The translations under genes were made by a program, and so were the position numbers. Of a stretch of DNA of 64,000 nt, positions 46,544 through 56,982 are shown one piece after another. A model generated the notes under the pieces. That model was given only the letters and a program-made list of their open reading frames with translations, was not told the origin of the DNA and searched no databases. The stretch lies in IMG/VR virus record IMGVR_UViG_3300043469_000509; one strand, written 5' to 3'. Every line of letters starts with the position of its first letter. The first letter of the stretch is position 1. Origin of the DNA: an uncultured virus (IMG/VR IMGVR_UViG_3300043469_000509) (lineage: Duplodnaviria; Heunggongvirae; Uroviricota; Caudoviricetes; Crassvirales).

Positions 46544-47470
46544 ATGAGAATTATAAATATAAATTTTTCAGGAGGTACTGAAACATTAGCAATACAAAAT
46601 CATACAAGTTTAATACAAGGTAGTGGTACATTAGCTTCTAATTATACAATTAATTCTTCAGGCACTCCACGCATAGGTACAACTTTTATATTTTTCTTTA
46701 AAGGTAATGTAAACAGAGCTTCTTATAATTTTAATATATTAGGTACTAATTTAACTGAAACTCAATTAACTAGAGATTCTACAATAGAAGCTGTATTTAA
46801 TGGTACTAGTTGGGAGTTAAATGTATATATTAATACAGTTAGCGATGACTGGGTAGAAGGATCAATTGCTGGTACTTGGCAAAATATACCTTACGATAAT
46901 GGGGATGTTATTAATGCTCCTTCAGCTTCAGGTACTTACACAAATACTGCTGGTACTGAAGGTACTAATTATTTAGGTCAATGGAGAGCTTACAAAGGTA
47001 CTGCTACTGATTACTCAGCTGCAACACCTTCTAATAGGAGGTTAAAATATAGAAGAAATTTAGATGGTACTGTACAAATTATGGGGCATTTAAGAAAACA
47101 ATTTGCTGTACCTTCAGCTACTACTAGTGTTAAACTAGATGACGCTGATTATGCTAACCAAATTGTATCTCCTATACAAGCTGTAATTATGAGTACAGAA
47201 GTATTGTGGTACTACGAATTTGCTTCTTCAATACCTGAGTTAGGAACTAATTTAATACAAGTTTTACCTTGTGATTTATATGTAGAAGATACTACTGATG
47301 ATAATAATGATTTGTTTAGTACTAATGTTAAAATATGGGTAGGCCAAGGTACATTAATGGTTTTTAATACATTCATGAGTTTATATTCAGCTGACACAAT
47401 AACAGGATTAACAGCTAGCAGAAATTACACATTATCAGCTTTTATTAACACATCTTATATAGATTTATAA
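46544..47470 (+). CDS. putative tail fibre / structural protein
   Basis: Beta-rich; LKYRR..DGTVQI.G fibre-tip-like motif. Confidence 0.5.
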   Translation: MRIININFSGGTETLAIQNHTSLIQGSGTLASNYTINSSGTPRIGTTFIFFFKGNVNRASYNFNILGTNLTETQLTRDSTIEAVFNGTSWELNVYINTVSDDWVEGSIAGTWQNIPYDNGDVINAPSASGTYTNTAGTEGTNYLGQWRAYKGTATDYSAATPSNRRLKYRRNLDGTVQIMGHLRKQFAVPSATTSVKLDDADYANQIVSPIQAVIMSTEVLWYYEFASSIPELGTNLIQVLPCDLYVEDTTDDNNDLFSTNVKIWVGQGTLMVFNTFMSLYSADTITGLTASRNYTLSAFINTSYIDL

Positions 47471-47471
47471 C

Positions 47472-49862
47472 ATGCAAAGAATTAACTTCACAGAAACAAC
47501 TTTAACTACATTAACAAGGAATGCAAGATGCTCCTTTGCTAATGCTGTATACAAACTTACTATGAAGGCTCAACAAGGCCTTAAATGTGATGATTTGTTC
47601 AAGAAGTCTGTGCTTATGAATGAAGTTAATAAACTTCTTTGTAAGTATAAACTAGATGAGTGTATATCATTCCACCCTTATCAAGAAGCTGGAATTAGCA
47701 CTTGGACTTTTGGTGTAGGAGATATTTCACCCTATATATGGGAGATTTATCTAACTATCAATGATGTTGTAACTTTAATAGGTGAAGGTACAGATCTAGC
47801 TGAGATAGCTATTGATATAAATGCTAATACTGAAACAACTGGAGTATCAGCAGAATTATCTGAAGATGGTGATTACATGACTGTTTATAGTCCTCCTGGA
47901 TGCTTTGTCAAAGCAGATTTAATTAGAAGTGCAACTAGACCTGGCGCTGTGCCTATGTCACTAATAACTTTTCTAGCAGGTAAATGCCCTCAAGTAGAAA
48001 CTTGTGTAGATTATACAGAAGAAGAATTAAACTGTATTGCTCCACAAGATTTACAATTAATATTTGAGTTTACTCATAGATATAAAGAAACTTTAGCTAA
48101 GTCTACTAAAAGAGTTACAAGCCCTTCTACTAGTTCATCAAGTTCTAGTGCAAGTGATTGTTGTAATTGGGGAAGTATTGGAGGAAGTATAGGTAATCAA
48201 TCTGACTTAGTAGCTTACTTAAATACTATTGAGAAAAACTTAATAAGTGTTTATGATGAAACTACTGAGATAACTGGAGATTTAAAAAGTTTAAAATTCT
48301 TAGGAGCTGGCGTTACTGCTACAAACTCTGGGGGTAATGTAAGTGTTACTATACCAGGTGGTGGTGGAGGTGGGCCAACAATGATTGAATTGACTAATGC
48401 AGAGTTACTAGCAGAAATAACTGCAGGAACAATTGTAAAGGGAGTTATATATAGAGTAATGGATGCTATTAATGGAATAGTGCAAGTTATAGGCAGAGGA
48501 ACTAATAGCATTAATAAAGCTGCTTACATAGAAGGAAAAGTAGATTTTACATTAGTGCAAAAGATTGGTATTTATGGTACTTATGATTTATATACAAATA
48601 CATTTACTGAGCAAGGAAGAATAGCTACGCAACCTACAGTTAATGAAGACTTTGGGCATGGTTATTATGTAGGACAAGAATTAAAAACTTTAGATACTGG
48701 ATTAACTTATGTATGTACTGACAATACTAATGCAAATGCTGTTTGGACCTTAGTCCCAGGTGGTGGAGGGGGAGGAAGTTCCTATACTGTTAATAATGGT
48801 TTAACTGAAGATCCTGCTAATAACTTTAAATTAGGAGGAACTTTAATAGAAGATACTACTATTAGTCAAGATGGATATTTAATGCGTTTTGAAGGTAGTG
48901 CTGCTGCTAAATTAGACTATTTAGTAACTATAGATAAAATAGGTGGGTTAGGTAGTGGTTTATTTGTTAATTCTGATAGATTAGGTGTTTTAATAGACAG
49001 TGTTGGAACTGGATTAAGTATAACAAGCGATAGTTCTCCTTTAGCAGGTAATGGTACTCTTGGTAGTAGTTTAACCTGTACTAATAATCTTTCTAATTCA
49101 CAAGTAAGTATATTAAATTTATATAAATCTATAAATACAACAAGTGCTGTTAATAGTGGGATATATATTAGTATGATTCCAGGTGCAGATAGCGGCTCAA
49201 GTGGTATACAACCAAGTGATATAAGTTGTTTAGTTGTAAATGCTACTCAACCAAATGTTCAAAGTAAACTTGTACTTAAACCTCAAGGAACAAGTGCTGG
49301 TTTATATGGCTCTGCTTTAGAAGCTTATGGAAGCGGTAAATTACAATTACCTGCTTATGGTAAAAAACCTTCTAATTTTCCAGGTACTCCGAACTATCTT
49401 TTAGGTGTAGATGGTAATGGAGATGTTATTGAAATACCGTCTAATACTTTTACTTTTAAACAAGTTATATCTTCAGCTGATATAAAAAATGGAACAGCAG
49501 TAAATCTTATAACTGCTCCTGGTGCAGGTAAAGCAATATGTATTACTGAAGCGTCTATTCAACTTACGGGAACAACAGCATATGCTGGGACTACTGGTGT
49601 ATTTGCTATTTATAATTCTACATCAGGTACTTTATTAAAAAGTATGTTTAATTCAGGCACTAACACTTTTTTTCAAACTAATACAGGTTCAACAACAGAG
49701 CTTTATAAACTTATAGATACTAGTACAAATGCTGGAAATTTAAGTAAAAATATGGTTGCTAATGAAGGTGTAGATGCAAAAGTGTTTTGGACAATAGGCC
49801 CAATGTCATCAGGAAATGTTGGTGTTACAGTTTATGGATCATACAGAATAATAGATTTATAA
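47472..49862 (+). CDS. putative tail fibre protein
   Basis: WGSIGGSIGNQSDL, poly-Gly hinges, NGLT....KLGG.L, LGVDGNGDVIE modules. Confidence 0.65.
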   Translation: MQRINFTETTLTTLTRNARCSFANAVYKLTMKAQQGLKCDDLFKKSVLMNEVNKLLCKYKLDECISFHPYQEAGISTWTFGVGDISPYIWEIYLTINDVVTLIGEGTDLAEIAIDINANTETTGVSAELSEDGDYMTVYSPPGCFVKADLIRSATRPGAVPMSLITFLAGKCPQVETCVDYTEEELNCIAPQDLQLIFEFTHRYKETLAKSTKRVTSPSTSSSSSSASDCCNWGSIGGSIGNQSDLVAYLNTIEKNLISVYDETTEITGDLKSLKFLGAGVTATNSGGNVSVTIPGGGGGGPTMIELTNAELLAEITAGTIVKGVIYRVMDAINGIVQVIGRGTNSINKAAYIEGKVDFTLVQKIGIYGTYDLYTNTFTEQGRIATQPTVNEDFGHGYYVGQELKTLDTGLTYVCTDNTNANAVWTLVPGGGGGGSSYTVNNGLTEDPANNFKLGGTLIEDTTISQDGYLMRFEGSAAAKLDYLVTIDKIGGLGSGLFVNSDRLGVLIDSVGTGLSITSDSSPLAGNGTLGSSLTCTNNLSNSQVSILNLYKSINTTSAVNSGIYISMIPGADSGSSGIQPSDISCLVVNATQPNVQSKLVLKPQGTSAGLYGSALEAYGSGKLQLPAYGKKPSNFPGTPNYLLGVDGNGDVIEIPSNTFTFKQVISSADIKNGTAVNLITAPGAGKAICITEASIQLTGTTAYAGTTGVFAIYNSTSGTLLKSMFNSGTNTFFQTNTGSTTELYKLIDTSTNAGNLSKNMVANEGVDAKVFWTIGPMSSGNVGVTVYGSYRIIDL

Positions 49863-49863
49863 T

Positions 49864-50175
49864 ATGACTAATGATACATTATTAAACATAAAAAAGTTAT
49901 TAGATTATCCTCAAGCTTGTGGTAATCAAACAATATTATTAGGTACTGGATATGTATCTGTACTAACTCCGCCAGAAAATGCTAATTATGCAATTATGAC
50001 GATAGATAGTGGAGAAGGTAGAGTATGGTGGACTGGTGCTACCCCTACTGCAACTAATGGGTTATCTTTACAAGCATTTGATCTCACAGGTAGACAGAAT
50101 CTACTTAACTTTAGAGCTATTGGTACAATAGGTACACCTTTATTAAATATTCAATATTTTTACTTACAAGCATGA
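49864..50175 (+). CDS. small structural protein
   Basis: RVWWTGATPTATNG motif. Confidence 0.5.
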   Translation: MTNDTLLNIKKLLDYPQACGNQTILLGTGYVSVLTPPENANYAIMTIDSGEGRVWWTGATPTATNGLSLQAFDLTGRQNLLNFRAIGTIGTPLLNIQYFYLQA

Positions 50176-51671
50176 CATTCTTTAATAAAAAATCTACATT
50201 TGTACCTTATATTAGAGGTAGAGAGATTACAGTAGTATCTAATTATAGTGCTTTACCTGATCCTACAACTGTAGGAGATAAGTTTTATTGGTGTGAAAAT
50301 AGTCAAGGAACTGCTTGGTTACCTGGATCATTAGGAGGTACTTACTATCCTAGAGGATTGTATTATTCCAATGGTACTACTTGGGAGTATATGGAAACAC
50401 CTATTCAAGCTACTCAAGCTGAAGTTGATGCTGGTATTATTGATGATAGATTTGTTAGTCCTAATACTTTATATAATGCTGATCAATGGAATAGTGTTAA
50501 GGTAAAACTTTATACTAATGGGGCTTTTAATGATGACCAAAATAAATTAAATCTTGTAGAAGGTTCTAATATGACCATCACAGATGATGGCGCAGGAAAT
50601 ATTACATTTGATGCTACAGGTGGTGGTGGTGGCGATATGCTTAAATCTACCTATGACATTAATGATAATGGTATAGTTGATAAGGCGCAATCAATGGTTA
50701 CGCGGGGTAGAAATTCAACTGGCTCAACATTATACAAGGGTACAATAATTTATTTAAATGGTGCTACAGGTCAATTACCTAATTTTGTTAAAGCACGCGC
50801 AGATATAGAGGCAACTTCAGCAGGTACATTTGGTGTTGTAATCGCTGATATAGCGAATAACTCCAATGGTTGGGTAAATACTATAGGCTTATTAGATGGT
50901 ATTGATACTCGTACAAGTGCTACACACCCATTTACTGATGCTACATTAGCTGTAGGTCAAACTATTTATTTACACCCTACTATTGCAGGTTACGTTACTA
51001 ATGTTAAACCCTCTGCACCAGACCATATAGTTTATATTGGGAAAGTTATAAATGTAGGTCCTGCTTCACAAGGAGCAATAGTTTATCGTATACAGAATGG
51101 TTATGAGTTAGAAGAATTGCATAATGTAAAGATTAGTAGCGAAACAAATAATCAGGTATTAAGTTATGATTCTACTCAGAATGTTTGGGTTAACAGAACA
51201 TTATCTACTGATGCTTTAACGGTAGTAGGTAATGGTGTTATTGTTACTGGAACATCAGATAATACATTTTCAAAAGCTTTATTAGTTCCAGCAAATTCAT
51301 ATGTAGTTAATGATGCTCCAGAAGTAATTGTTAGAGTTAATAGAACTGGTTTAATGGTTGCAAGTTTTATTACAAGATTATACTGGAATGTAACACCAGA
51401 TATTAGTGGTACACCTATTTTAATATCAACGCTTCAAACAACTGGCGGTGGTAATAGGTTTAATCAGTTTACAAGAACATTAAGTATAGAAAATGCAACG
51501 TCATCAACATTTAGTACAGGTAGTACAAATCCGACTGACTTTGGATTCGTAACACCAACACAAGTCTCTTTAGCAATAGATTGGACACAAAACGGATACT
51601 TGGTGGTATCCATAAGCGCGACAAGTTCAGGAGATGCTCAATGTTGTAATTTAATAAAAATAAGAAAATAA
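50172..51671 (+). CDS. putative tail fibre protein
   Basis: ATQAEVDAG...VSP, GDMLKSTYD.NDNGIVD.A, NGYELEELHNV.I...NNQVL.YD...WVN. Confidence 0.65.
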   Translation: MTFFNKKSTFVPYIRGREITVVSNYSALPDPTTVGDKFYWCENSQGTAWLPGSLGGTYYPRGLYYSNGTTWEYMETPIQATQAEVDAGIIDDRFVSPNTLYNADQWNSVKVKLYTNGAFNDDQNKLNLVEGSNMTITDDGAGNITFDATGGGGGDMLKSTYDINDNGIVDKAQSMVTRGRNSTGSTLYKGTIIYLNGATGQLPNFVKARADIEATSAGTFGVVIADIANNSNGWVNTIGLLDGIDTRTSATHPFTDATLAVGQTIYLHPTIAGYVTNVKPSAPDHIVYIGKVINVGPASQGAIVYRIQNGYELEELHNVKISSETNNQVLSYDSTQNVWVNRTLSTDALTVVGNGVIVTGTSDNTFSKALLVPANSYVVNDAPEVIVRVNRTGLMVASFITRLYWNVTPDISGTPILISTLQTTGGGNRFNQFTRTLSIENATSSTFSTGSTNPTDFGFVTPTQVSLAIDWTQNGYLVVSISATSSGDAQCCNLIKIRK

Positions 51672-51672
51672 A

Positions 51673-51843
51673 ATGATAATTAACGGATTCAATGTAACAA
51701 GCCACTTTTTTGAGTATGTAGATGAGACAATGTGTCATCTAGAATTAGACTATTGCATAAGATTAGTACATTTGCATGATACAGAATATAGTACAATAGA
51801 AGAATTACAAACAGCCGTAGAAACATTAATATTTGAAAGTTAA
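51673..51843 (+). CDS. small hypothetical protein (56 aa, not in ORF track)
   Basis: MIINGFNVTSHFFEYVDE...; fills the gap right after the fibre gene. Confidence 0.5.
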   Translation: MIINGFNVTSHFFEYVDETMCHLELDYCIRLVHLHDTEYSTIEELQTAVETLIFES

Positions 51844-51852
51844 GTATATTAT

Positions 51853-52035
51853 ATGACTAATCAAGAGATAGCAGCACTTAAACCATTTCTACTAGTATTA
51901 ACTATCTTATTAGTGTATTTAAGTTTTATGGTATATCAATACAGGGAAATTGTAAAGAGTGTAGTAAAACTTTTTAAAGGTGGTGTAATAGCAGTATTAG
52001 TTATGTTTGGTATTATGGAGAGTAATGAAGAATAA
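51853..52035 (+). CDS. small membrane protein
   Basis: Two hydrophobic segments. Confidence 0.5.
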   Translation: MTNQEIAALKPFLLVLTILLVYLSFMVYQYREIVKSVVKLFKGGVIAVLVMFGIMESNEE

Positions 52036-52062
52036 ATAATCATTTAATAAAATATATAAATT

Positions 52063-52245
52063 ATGAAAGAGAATAAAACATCAAATGGAGGAGTATTAAG
52101 AATAGCATTATCTAGCTTTGTTTTAGGCTACTTAGTAGAATATAATAAGACTAATGGTTTTGAATGGCCTTTCTTATTTGCTTATGCTATTGTATTAGGC
52201 ACAGGTGTAGCTAGTTATATGTTCTTGAGAAAAGGATATAAGTAG
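52063..52245 (+). CDS. small membrane protein
   Basis: Two hydrophobic segments. Confidence 0.5.
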   Translation: MKENKTSNGGVLRIALSSFVLGYLVEYNKTNGFEWPFLFAYAIVLGTGVASYMFLRKGYK

Positions 52246-52247
52246 TT

Positions 52248-52463
52248 GTGAATGATATATTAATACTAATAATAGCTTCTATTTTAGCTGTAATATTAGG
52301 AGCTTGGGCAGCTAGTAAACAATTAGAAAAATCTTTATATGAAACTTTTAAACAAATTGGAATTAAAGCACTTAGTATTATTGGGATTATCAATATATTT
52401 ACTATTGGGAGTGAGCAGCTGTTTGAGGACGAAGATAGCTCAGATGAGCAGGAAACAAATTAG
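52248..52463 (+). CDS. small membrane protein
   Basis: Hydrophobic N-terminus, acidic tail. Confidence 0.45.
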   Translation: MNDILILIIASILAVILGAWAASKQLEKSLYETFKQIGIKALSIIGIINIFTIGSEQLFEDEDSSDEQETN

Positions 52464-52483
52464 AAACACTATAAAATGTAAAA

Positions 52484-52984
52484 ATGGAAGCACTGGTAAT
52501 AATAACATTGAGTTGGATACTTTACATAATAATATCAGCTATTAAAGGAATATTAGATGCTTACATATGGCACTATTGGTTAGAAAGCTGGTTTAAAAAG
52601 ATTATGAAGTATCCTAATGCTTTAAAAGATATGCAAATAGAAGGTAAGTACATACACATGATAGGTTCTATTATTGTAGCTTCACCTCTATTGTTAATAC
52701 TTGTAACATCATTATTTGGTATAAGACCATTAGCTGTGTTATTCTTAGGTATTAGCTTATCTTCAATTAACCCATTGTTTCATCTAGGGTATATGTTTAA
52801 GACTAGAAATAAATTAAGTCCTAAGGTTTACACTGAAGGCTTTAAAGACACTAGTGTAATTTCAGATGGTAACACAGACAAATTTAAAAAACTAACAAAC
52901 AAACTATTTAATACTTATAAAAAAAGAGTTATCTTTGCAATAATTAGTATTGTATTCTTAATATTAACTATTATATTTAAATAA
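52484..52984 (+). CDS. multi-TM membrane protein
   Basis: About four hydrophobic helices. Confidence 0.55.
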   Translation: MEALVIITLSWILYIIISAIKGILDAYIWHYWLESWFKKIMKYPNALKDMQIEGKYIHMIGSIIVASPLLLILVTSLFGIRPLAVLFLGISLSSINPLFHLGYMFKTRNKLSPKVYTEGFKDTSVISDGNTDKFKKLTNKLFNTYKKRVIFAIISIVFLILTIIFK

Positions 52985-52987
52985 AAA

Positions 52988-53317
52988 ATGATCCATCACT
53001 ATCAAGAAGAATTAAACACATTTATAGAAAGAGCAGCAGAGTTTTTTGGTTTAACATCAGTTGGAATTTACGGGCAATTTATAGTAATGCTTGGAACAAT
53101 AAGTTTTCTAAAATTCGGAGAATCAAACACATTGTTTATTATACCAGATTATGATTGGTTAACAGTAGCTGGTGTTGTATTAGGAATTACAGCTAAATTC
53201 TTTACAACTTGTGTAGGAGCAATAGCAACTATAAAGTTTGTAACTGGAGTTTGGAAAAATATTAAAAACAAACTTAATAAGAGAAAAGATGCTAACAACA
53301 CCACAGATAATAAGTAA
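52988..53317 (+). CDS. putative holin
   Basis: TM helices, basic C-terminus; overlaps the endolysin start. Confidence 0.55.
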   Translation: MIHHYQEELNTFIERAAEFFGLTSVGIYGQFIVMLGTISFLKFGESNTLFIIPDYDWLTVAGVVLGITAKFFTTCVGAIATIKFVTGVWKNIKNKLNKRKDANNTTDNK

Positions 53318-53756
53318 ATATGGTAAGCCAACACAGAATGGCTCTCCTTATTTAGTGTCTATAAAATTACCCTATCCTATGAGATTAGCCTGGGATAAAA
53401 ATACTAAAGTAACTACTATGAGATGTCATAAACTAGTAGCTGATAAATTCTTAGCTGTGTTTAATGATATTTTAAAAGCTTATGGTTATGCTAAAATAGT
53501 AGAACTGGGAATTGATTTATTTGGAGGATGCTTTAATTTTAGAGCTATGAGAGGAGGATCTGATTATTCAACTCACTCTTGGGGAATCTCGATTGATCTA
53601 GACCCAGAAAGAAATCTTCTACATGAAACTAAAGCTACTGCTAGATTTGCTAGACCTGAGTATAAACCAATGCTAGAAGCTTTTTATAAAAATGGATTTA
53701 TAGGATTAGGGCCTGAAAAAAATTATGATTGGATGCACTTTCAAATAAAAGAATAA
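53289..53756 (+). CDS. endolysin, peptidase M15 family
   Basis: FNFRAMRGG...STHSWGISID...DWMHFQ. Confidence 0.88.
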   Translation: MLTTPQIISKYGKPTQNGSPYLVSIKLPYPMRLAWDKNTKVTTMRCHKLVADKFLAVFNDILKAYGYAKIVELGIDLFGGCFNFRAMRGGSDYSTHSWGISIDLDPERNLLHETKATARFARPEYKPMLEAFYKNGFIGLGPEKNYDWMHFQIKE

Positions 53757-53987
53757 ATGAGATATAAAAACTTAAACACTTACGAGAAATTTAAACTCCT
53801 TGGATTAATAATTAAAGCTGTTTTTGGTTCAATAGGAGGAGCTGTAATATTAGAACAGAATCATCCTTACTTAGCTTTGCTTATATTAGCAATAGGAGCA
53901 GGGGCCAATGAATGGGTATCCTTTTTAAAAGACAGAGAAATGAATAACATAACTAATAAACCAGAACATGAAACTACCTTCATATAA
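53757..53987 (+). CDS. small two-TM protein (holin/antiholin-like)
   Basis: Two TM helices within the lysis cassette. Confidence 0.45.
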   Translation: MRYKNLNTYEKFKLLGLIIKAVFGSIGGAVILEQNHPYLALLILAIGAGANEWVSFLKDREMNNITNKPEHETTFI

Positions 53988-54525
53988 ACGAGTTATAATT
54001 GTAATCTATATATTACTAACACTTGTAGCTTTAGGTGCTTGTAATGGATCTAAAAGAGCTACTAGAAAGTTTGAGAAAGCTGTTAACAAGTTCGGACAGA
54101 AAGAAGCTGCTAATTATGTAATATCTAACTATCCTGAATACTTTAAAACTATAACTAAAGCAGATACTGTTTTTAGCGTAGATACTATTTACATTGCTGA
54201 GAAAGATGGAGTTATTATAGATCCTATTATTATGCATGACACTATCTATATTAAGACTAAAGACTTTAGTGCTAATATAAATAAAACTACTGGTAAGGGT
54301 ACATACAAGATTCCTGCTGATACTATTATAAAGCATGACACAATACCCTTTATAGTTAAAGTTCCTTGCCCTGATGCTGATGTATTAGCTTTAAAATCTA
54401 GTAAAGAAGCTGAATTAGAAGTATCTAAAGCTAAACAAACTACTAACTTTTATAAGTTACTAAGTTTTATACTAGGGCTAGTAATAGGATTTATTGGTTA
54501 TATCCATTACAAAAAGGATAAATAA
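53968..54525 (+). CDS. lipoprotein, putative unimolecular spanin
   Basis: Lipobox LGAC after a hydrophobic signal, beta-rich DT-repeat middle and a C-terminal TM helix. Confidence 0.6.
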   Translation: MKLPSYKRVIIVIYILLTLVALGACNGSKRATRKFEKAVNKFGQKEAANYVISNYPEYFKTITKADTVFSVDTIYIAEKDGVIIDPIIMHDTIYIKTKDFSANINKTTGKGTYKIPADTIIKHDTIPFIVKVPCPDADVLALKSSKEAELEVSKAKQTTNFYKLLSFILGLVIGFIGYIHYKKDK

Positions 54526-54578
54526 TTATTTAAGTTATAACAATTAGATGTATTCAAATAACACTAATATACTATATA

Positions 54579-54761
54579 TTGAATACTTATAACCATATTA
54601 AAATGAAAGAAGAAGTAAAACAATCATTAGAGTTAATTATAAGAGGTTTAGAATCTCTAAGATTAACTAGAGAAGAAAGAGCTATTTTTGATAATGCCTT
54701 TAAAATTTTAACACAAGAATTAACCACTTCAGTAGAAGTTACAGAAGAAAAATCAGCTTAA
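54579..54761 (+). CDS. small hypothetical protein (likely start MKEEV)
   Basis: ORF followed by a terminator. Confidence 0.5.
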   Translation: MNTYNHIKMKEEVKQSLELIIRGLESLRLTREERAIFDNAFKILTQELTTSVEVTEEKSA

Positions 54762-54792
54762 TCGTATTAAGTTTATTATTAATCAACCTACT

Positions 54793-54822
54793 AGGCTCTT
54801 ACTAAGGTAGGAGCCTTTTTTT
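54793..54822 (+). terminator. intrinsic terminator
   Basis: AGGCTCTTAC-TAAG-GTAGGAGCCT plus T run. Confidence 0.8.
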
Positions 54823-54832
54823 ATTTTATACA

Positions 54833-55537
54833 ATGGCTACAACAACATCATTAAATCATATAACATATCTGATTCTTAATCAGCTTAGAGGTAGATCTGT
54901 GGTAACAGATACTATTACTACAGACCAAGTAGAGCAGATTATAGTTAATTTAAGATCGCAACTTATTAAACAAGATGCTAATAAGGGCTATTCAGCTGAT
55001 CCTTACATCATACAAGACCTAGGTTGTGTAGAATTAGAGGAAGTAGATGCTGGAGAATCTTGTATTATTGAGGCAGGTTGTACATTATTAAGAAGTGTTA
55101 AGCCTATTCCTAGCACTATTGAGCTTCATAACTCACAATTATTTACTAGAGTAGGCCCTATTAATAAGGGGTTACCTGGTTATGATTATGTACATTACGA
55201 AAGAATTCCTTACGTGCTTAATAACAAGTACTCTAGAGATAGAGTTAAATACTACATGCAGAATACAGATGGCTATTTGTATCTTGTAGTTCCTACTAAT
55301 ATATTACAAGTACTTAGATTTATTAATGTACAAGGAGTATTTGAAGACCCTAGAGATGCTTATAACTTTGAAGACTGTAGTGGAACACCTTGTTATACAG
55401 ATGATTCACCATTCCCAGTTAAAAATTGGATGGTTAATACAATAGTTAAAATGACTGTAGAGCTATTCTTAAATCAAGAATCACAAGCACCTTCAGATAA
55501 TACTAATAACAGTAAGAATGACTACAGCCAAAGCTAA
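54833..55537 (+). CDS. tail ring protein (crAss-type)
   Basis: QDLGCVELEEVD...C, YLY, GVFEDP, D..FP, DN.NNS. Confidence 0.7.
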   Translation: MATTTSLNHITYLILNQLRGRSVVTDTITTDQVEQIIVNLRSQLIKQDANKGYSADPYIIQDLGCVELEEVDAGESCIIEAGCTLLRSVKPIPSTIELHNSQLFTRVGPINKGLPGYDYVHYERIPYVLNNKYSRDRVKYYMQNTDGYLYLVVPTNILQVLRFINVQGVFEDPRDAYNFEDCSGTPCYTDDSPFPVKNWMVNTIVKMTVELFLNQESQAPSDNTNNSKNDYSQS

Positions 55538-56117
55538 TTTAAGTAACACAGATTTAGGTATTAAAGAAAGGGGTAAAAGTAAGTATCCTAATGATTATGC
55601 TATCGGTGACTACTATAAGTATTACAAAGATAACATAAGTACTAAGGAACTACCTTTAGGTACTCCTGTTAGTAACTTATCTTATAATATCTCAGCTAAA
55701 AAGTATAGAGCTGTATTACTAGCTATCTTTAGAAAGGCTAGAGAGAAAATGATTTTAAACAATTTAGAATATGTCTTACCTTGTAAGATGGGTAAAATAA
55801 CTATTTGTAAGTTTAAAAAGAAGATTAAATTAGATGAAAAAGGTAATCTAATAGCAAGATTAGCTGTTGATTACAGAGCTACAAGAGAATTATGGGCTAC
55901 TGATGAGCAATCAAAACTAGCTAAAAAAGTTGTATTTCATTTAAACAATCATACAGAAGGTTACACTTTTAAGATTGCTTGGATTAAAAATAACTGTACA
56001 ATGTACAAAAAGAAATTTTATAAACTAATACCTATTAGAGAATTTAAAAGAGAGCTTCCTAAATTAATGGGTCAAAACCCTAATTTAGATTTTTATACTT
56101 TTAAAAATTCTGATTAA
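55518..56117 (+). CDS. crAss-type IHF-like protein of the tail module
   Basis: LP..MG.I.I.K, VDY..T..LW, N.HTEGY.F...W. Confidence 0.7.
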   Translation: MTTAKANLSNTDLGIKERGKSKYPNDYAIGDYYKYYKDNISTKELPLGTPVSNLSYNISAKKYRAVLLAIFRKAREKMILNNLEYVLPCKMGKITICKFKKKIKLDEKGNLIARLAVDYRATRELWATDEQSKLAKKVVFHLNNHTEGYTFKIAWIKNNCTMYKKKFYKLIPIREFKRELPKLMGQNPNLDFYTFKNSD

Positions 56118-56130
56118 TAATATATACTAA

Positions 56131-56982
56131 ATGGCTTTAAACGGTAAACTCGTCTCTGTTAAAGAGGTTGTTAATAATGTACTTAGAGATAATCAATACA
56201 AAACTCAAGACTTTGAGGTTGGTAGTATGATTGAATGGTCTGCTGAAGCTTGCGACTTAATAGGTGTTCCTTATAATCTTATTAATGACTATGCTATAAT
56301 TTCTATAGAAGACCATAAAGGGTTTATACCTTGTAATTTACACACACAATTACAAGCTATGGTCCTAACAACTGCTGGTGTAGTCTTACCTATGCGTGAG
56401 AGTACTTCAACTACTAGCCCTTATAGTGTTAATAATGTAAATGATTATCCTTTAGTTAATCCAGTAGACCCAGTAGGATTTGATGTAAATGGTAATCCTA
56501 TTATGACCTTTAATAATTATGATAGTGCTATCTCAGCTGGATTAATAAATAACTTACCTTACTCTTTAAGAGATATTACATATAGTACAAGAGGTAATTA
56601 TATCTTCACATCTTTTAAAGATGGTGCAAGTGTAATTATGTTTTATAAAGCTTTCCCTGTAGATGAAGAAGGTTACCCACTTATACCTGATGATACTAGT
56701 TACAAAATAGCTGTTCAATCTTACATTAGAATGAAGTTAGACTTCCTTTTATGGAGAAAGAATGTTATAGCTAGAGATGTATTTGAGTATGCTGAAAGAG
56801 AGTGGATGTGGTATGTAGGTCAAGCTAAAACTAAAGCCTTAACTCCTACTTATGATATGATGGAGTCATGGAAGAATAACTGGTTAACTTTAATGCCTAA
56901 GATTAATGAACAAGCTAGAAACTTTGAAGGTATTGGACAATCTCAATATATTAACTTTGGTATGAAAAACTATAGATTCTAA
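56131..56982 (+). CDS. tail tubular / ring protein
   Basis: IEW..EA, Y.AFPVDEEGYPLIPDD.SY..A..YI, W.WYVGQA. Confidence 0.75.
   Translation: MALNGKLVSVKEVVNNVLRDNQYKTQDFEVGSMIEWSAEACDLIGVPYNLINDYAIISIEDHKGFIPCNLHTQLQAMVLTTAGVVLPMRESTSTTSPYSVNNVNDYPLVNPVDPVGFDVNGNPIMTFNNYDSAISAGLINNLPYSLRDITYSTRGNYIFTSFKDGASVIMFYKAFPVDEEGYPLIPDDTSYKIAVQSYIRMKLDFLLWRKNVIARDVFEYAEREWMWYVGQAKTKALTPTYDMMESWKNNWLTLMPKINEQARNFEGIGQSQYINFGMKNYRF

Noticed and set aside
52339..52545. Alternative-frame ORF with a lipobox-like LLGVSSC overlapping 52248..52463 (possible embedded o-spanin)
   Set aside because: Short, far from a clear i-spanin, and a better spanin candidate exists at 53968; cannot be supported from sequence alone.
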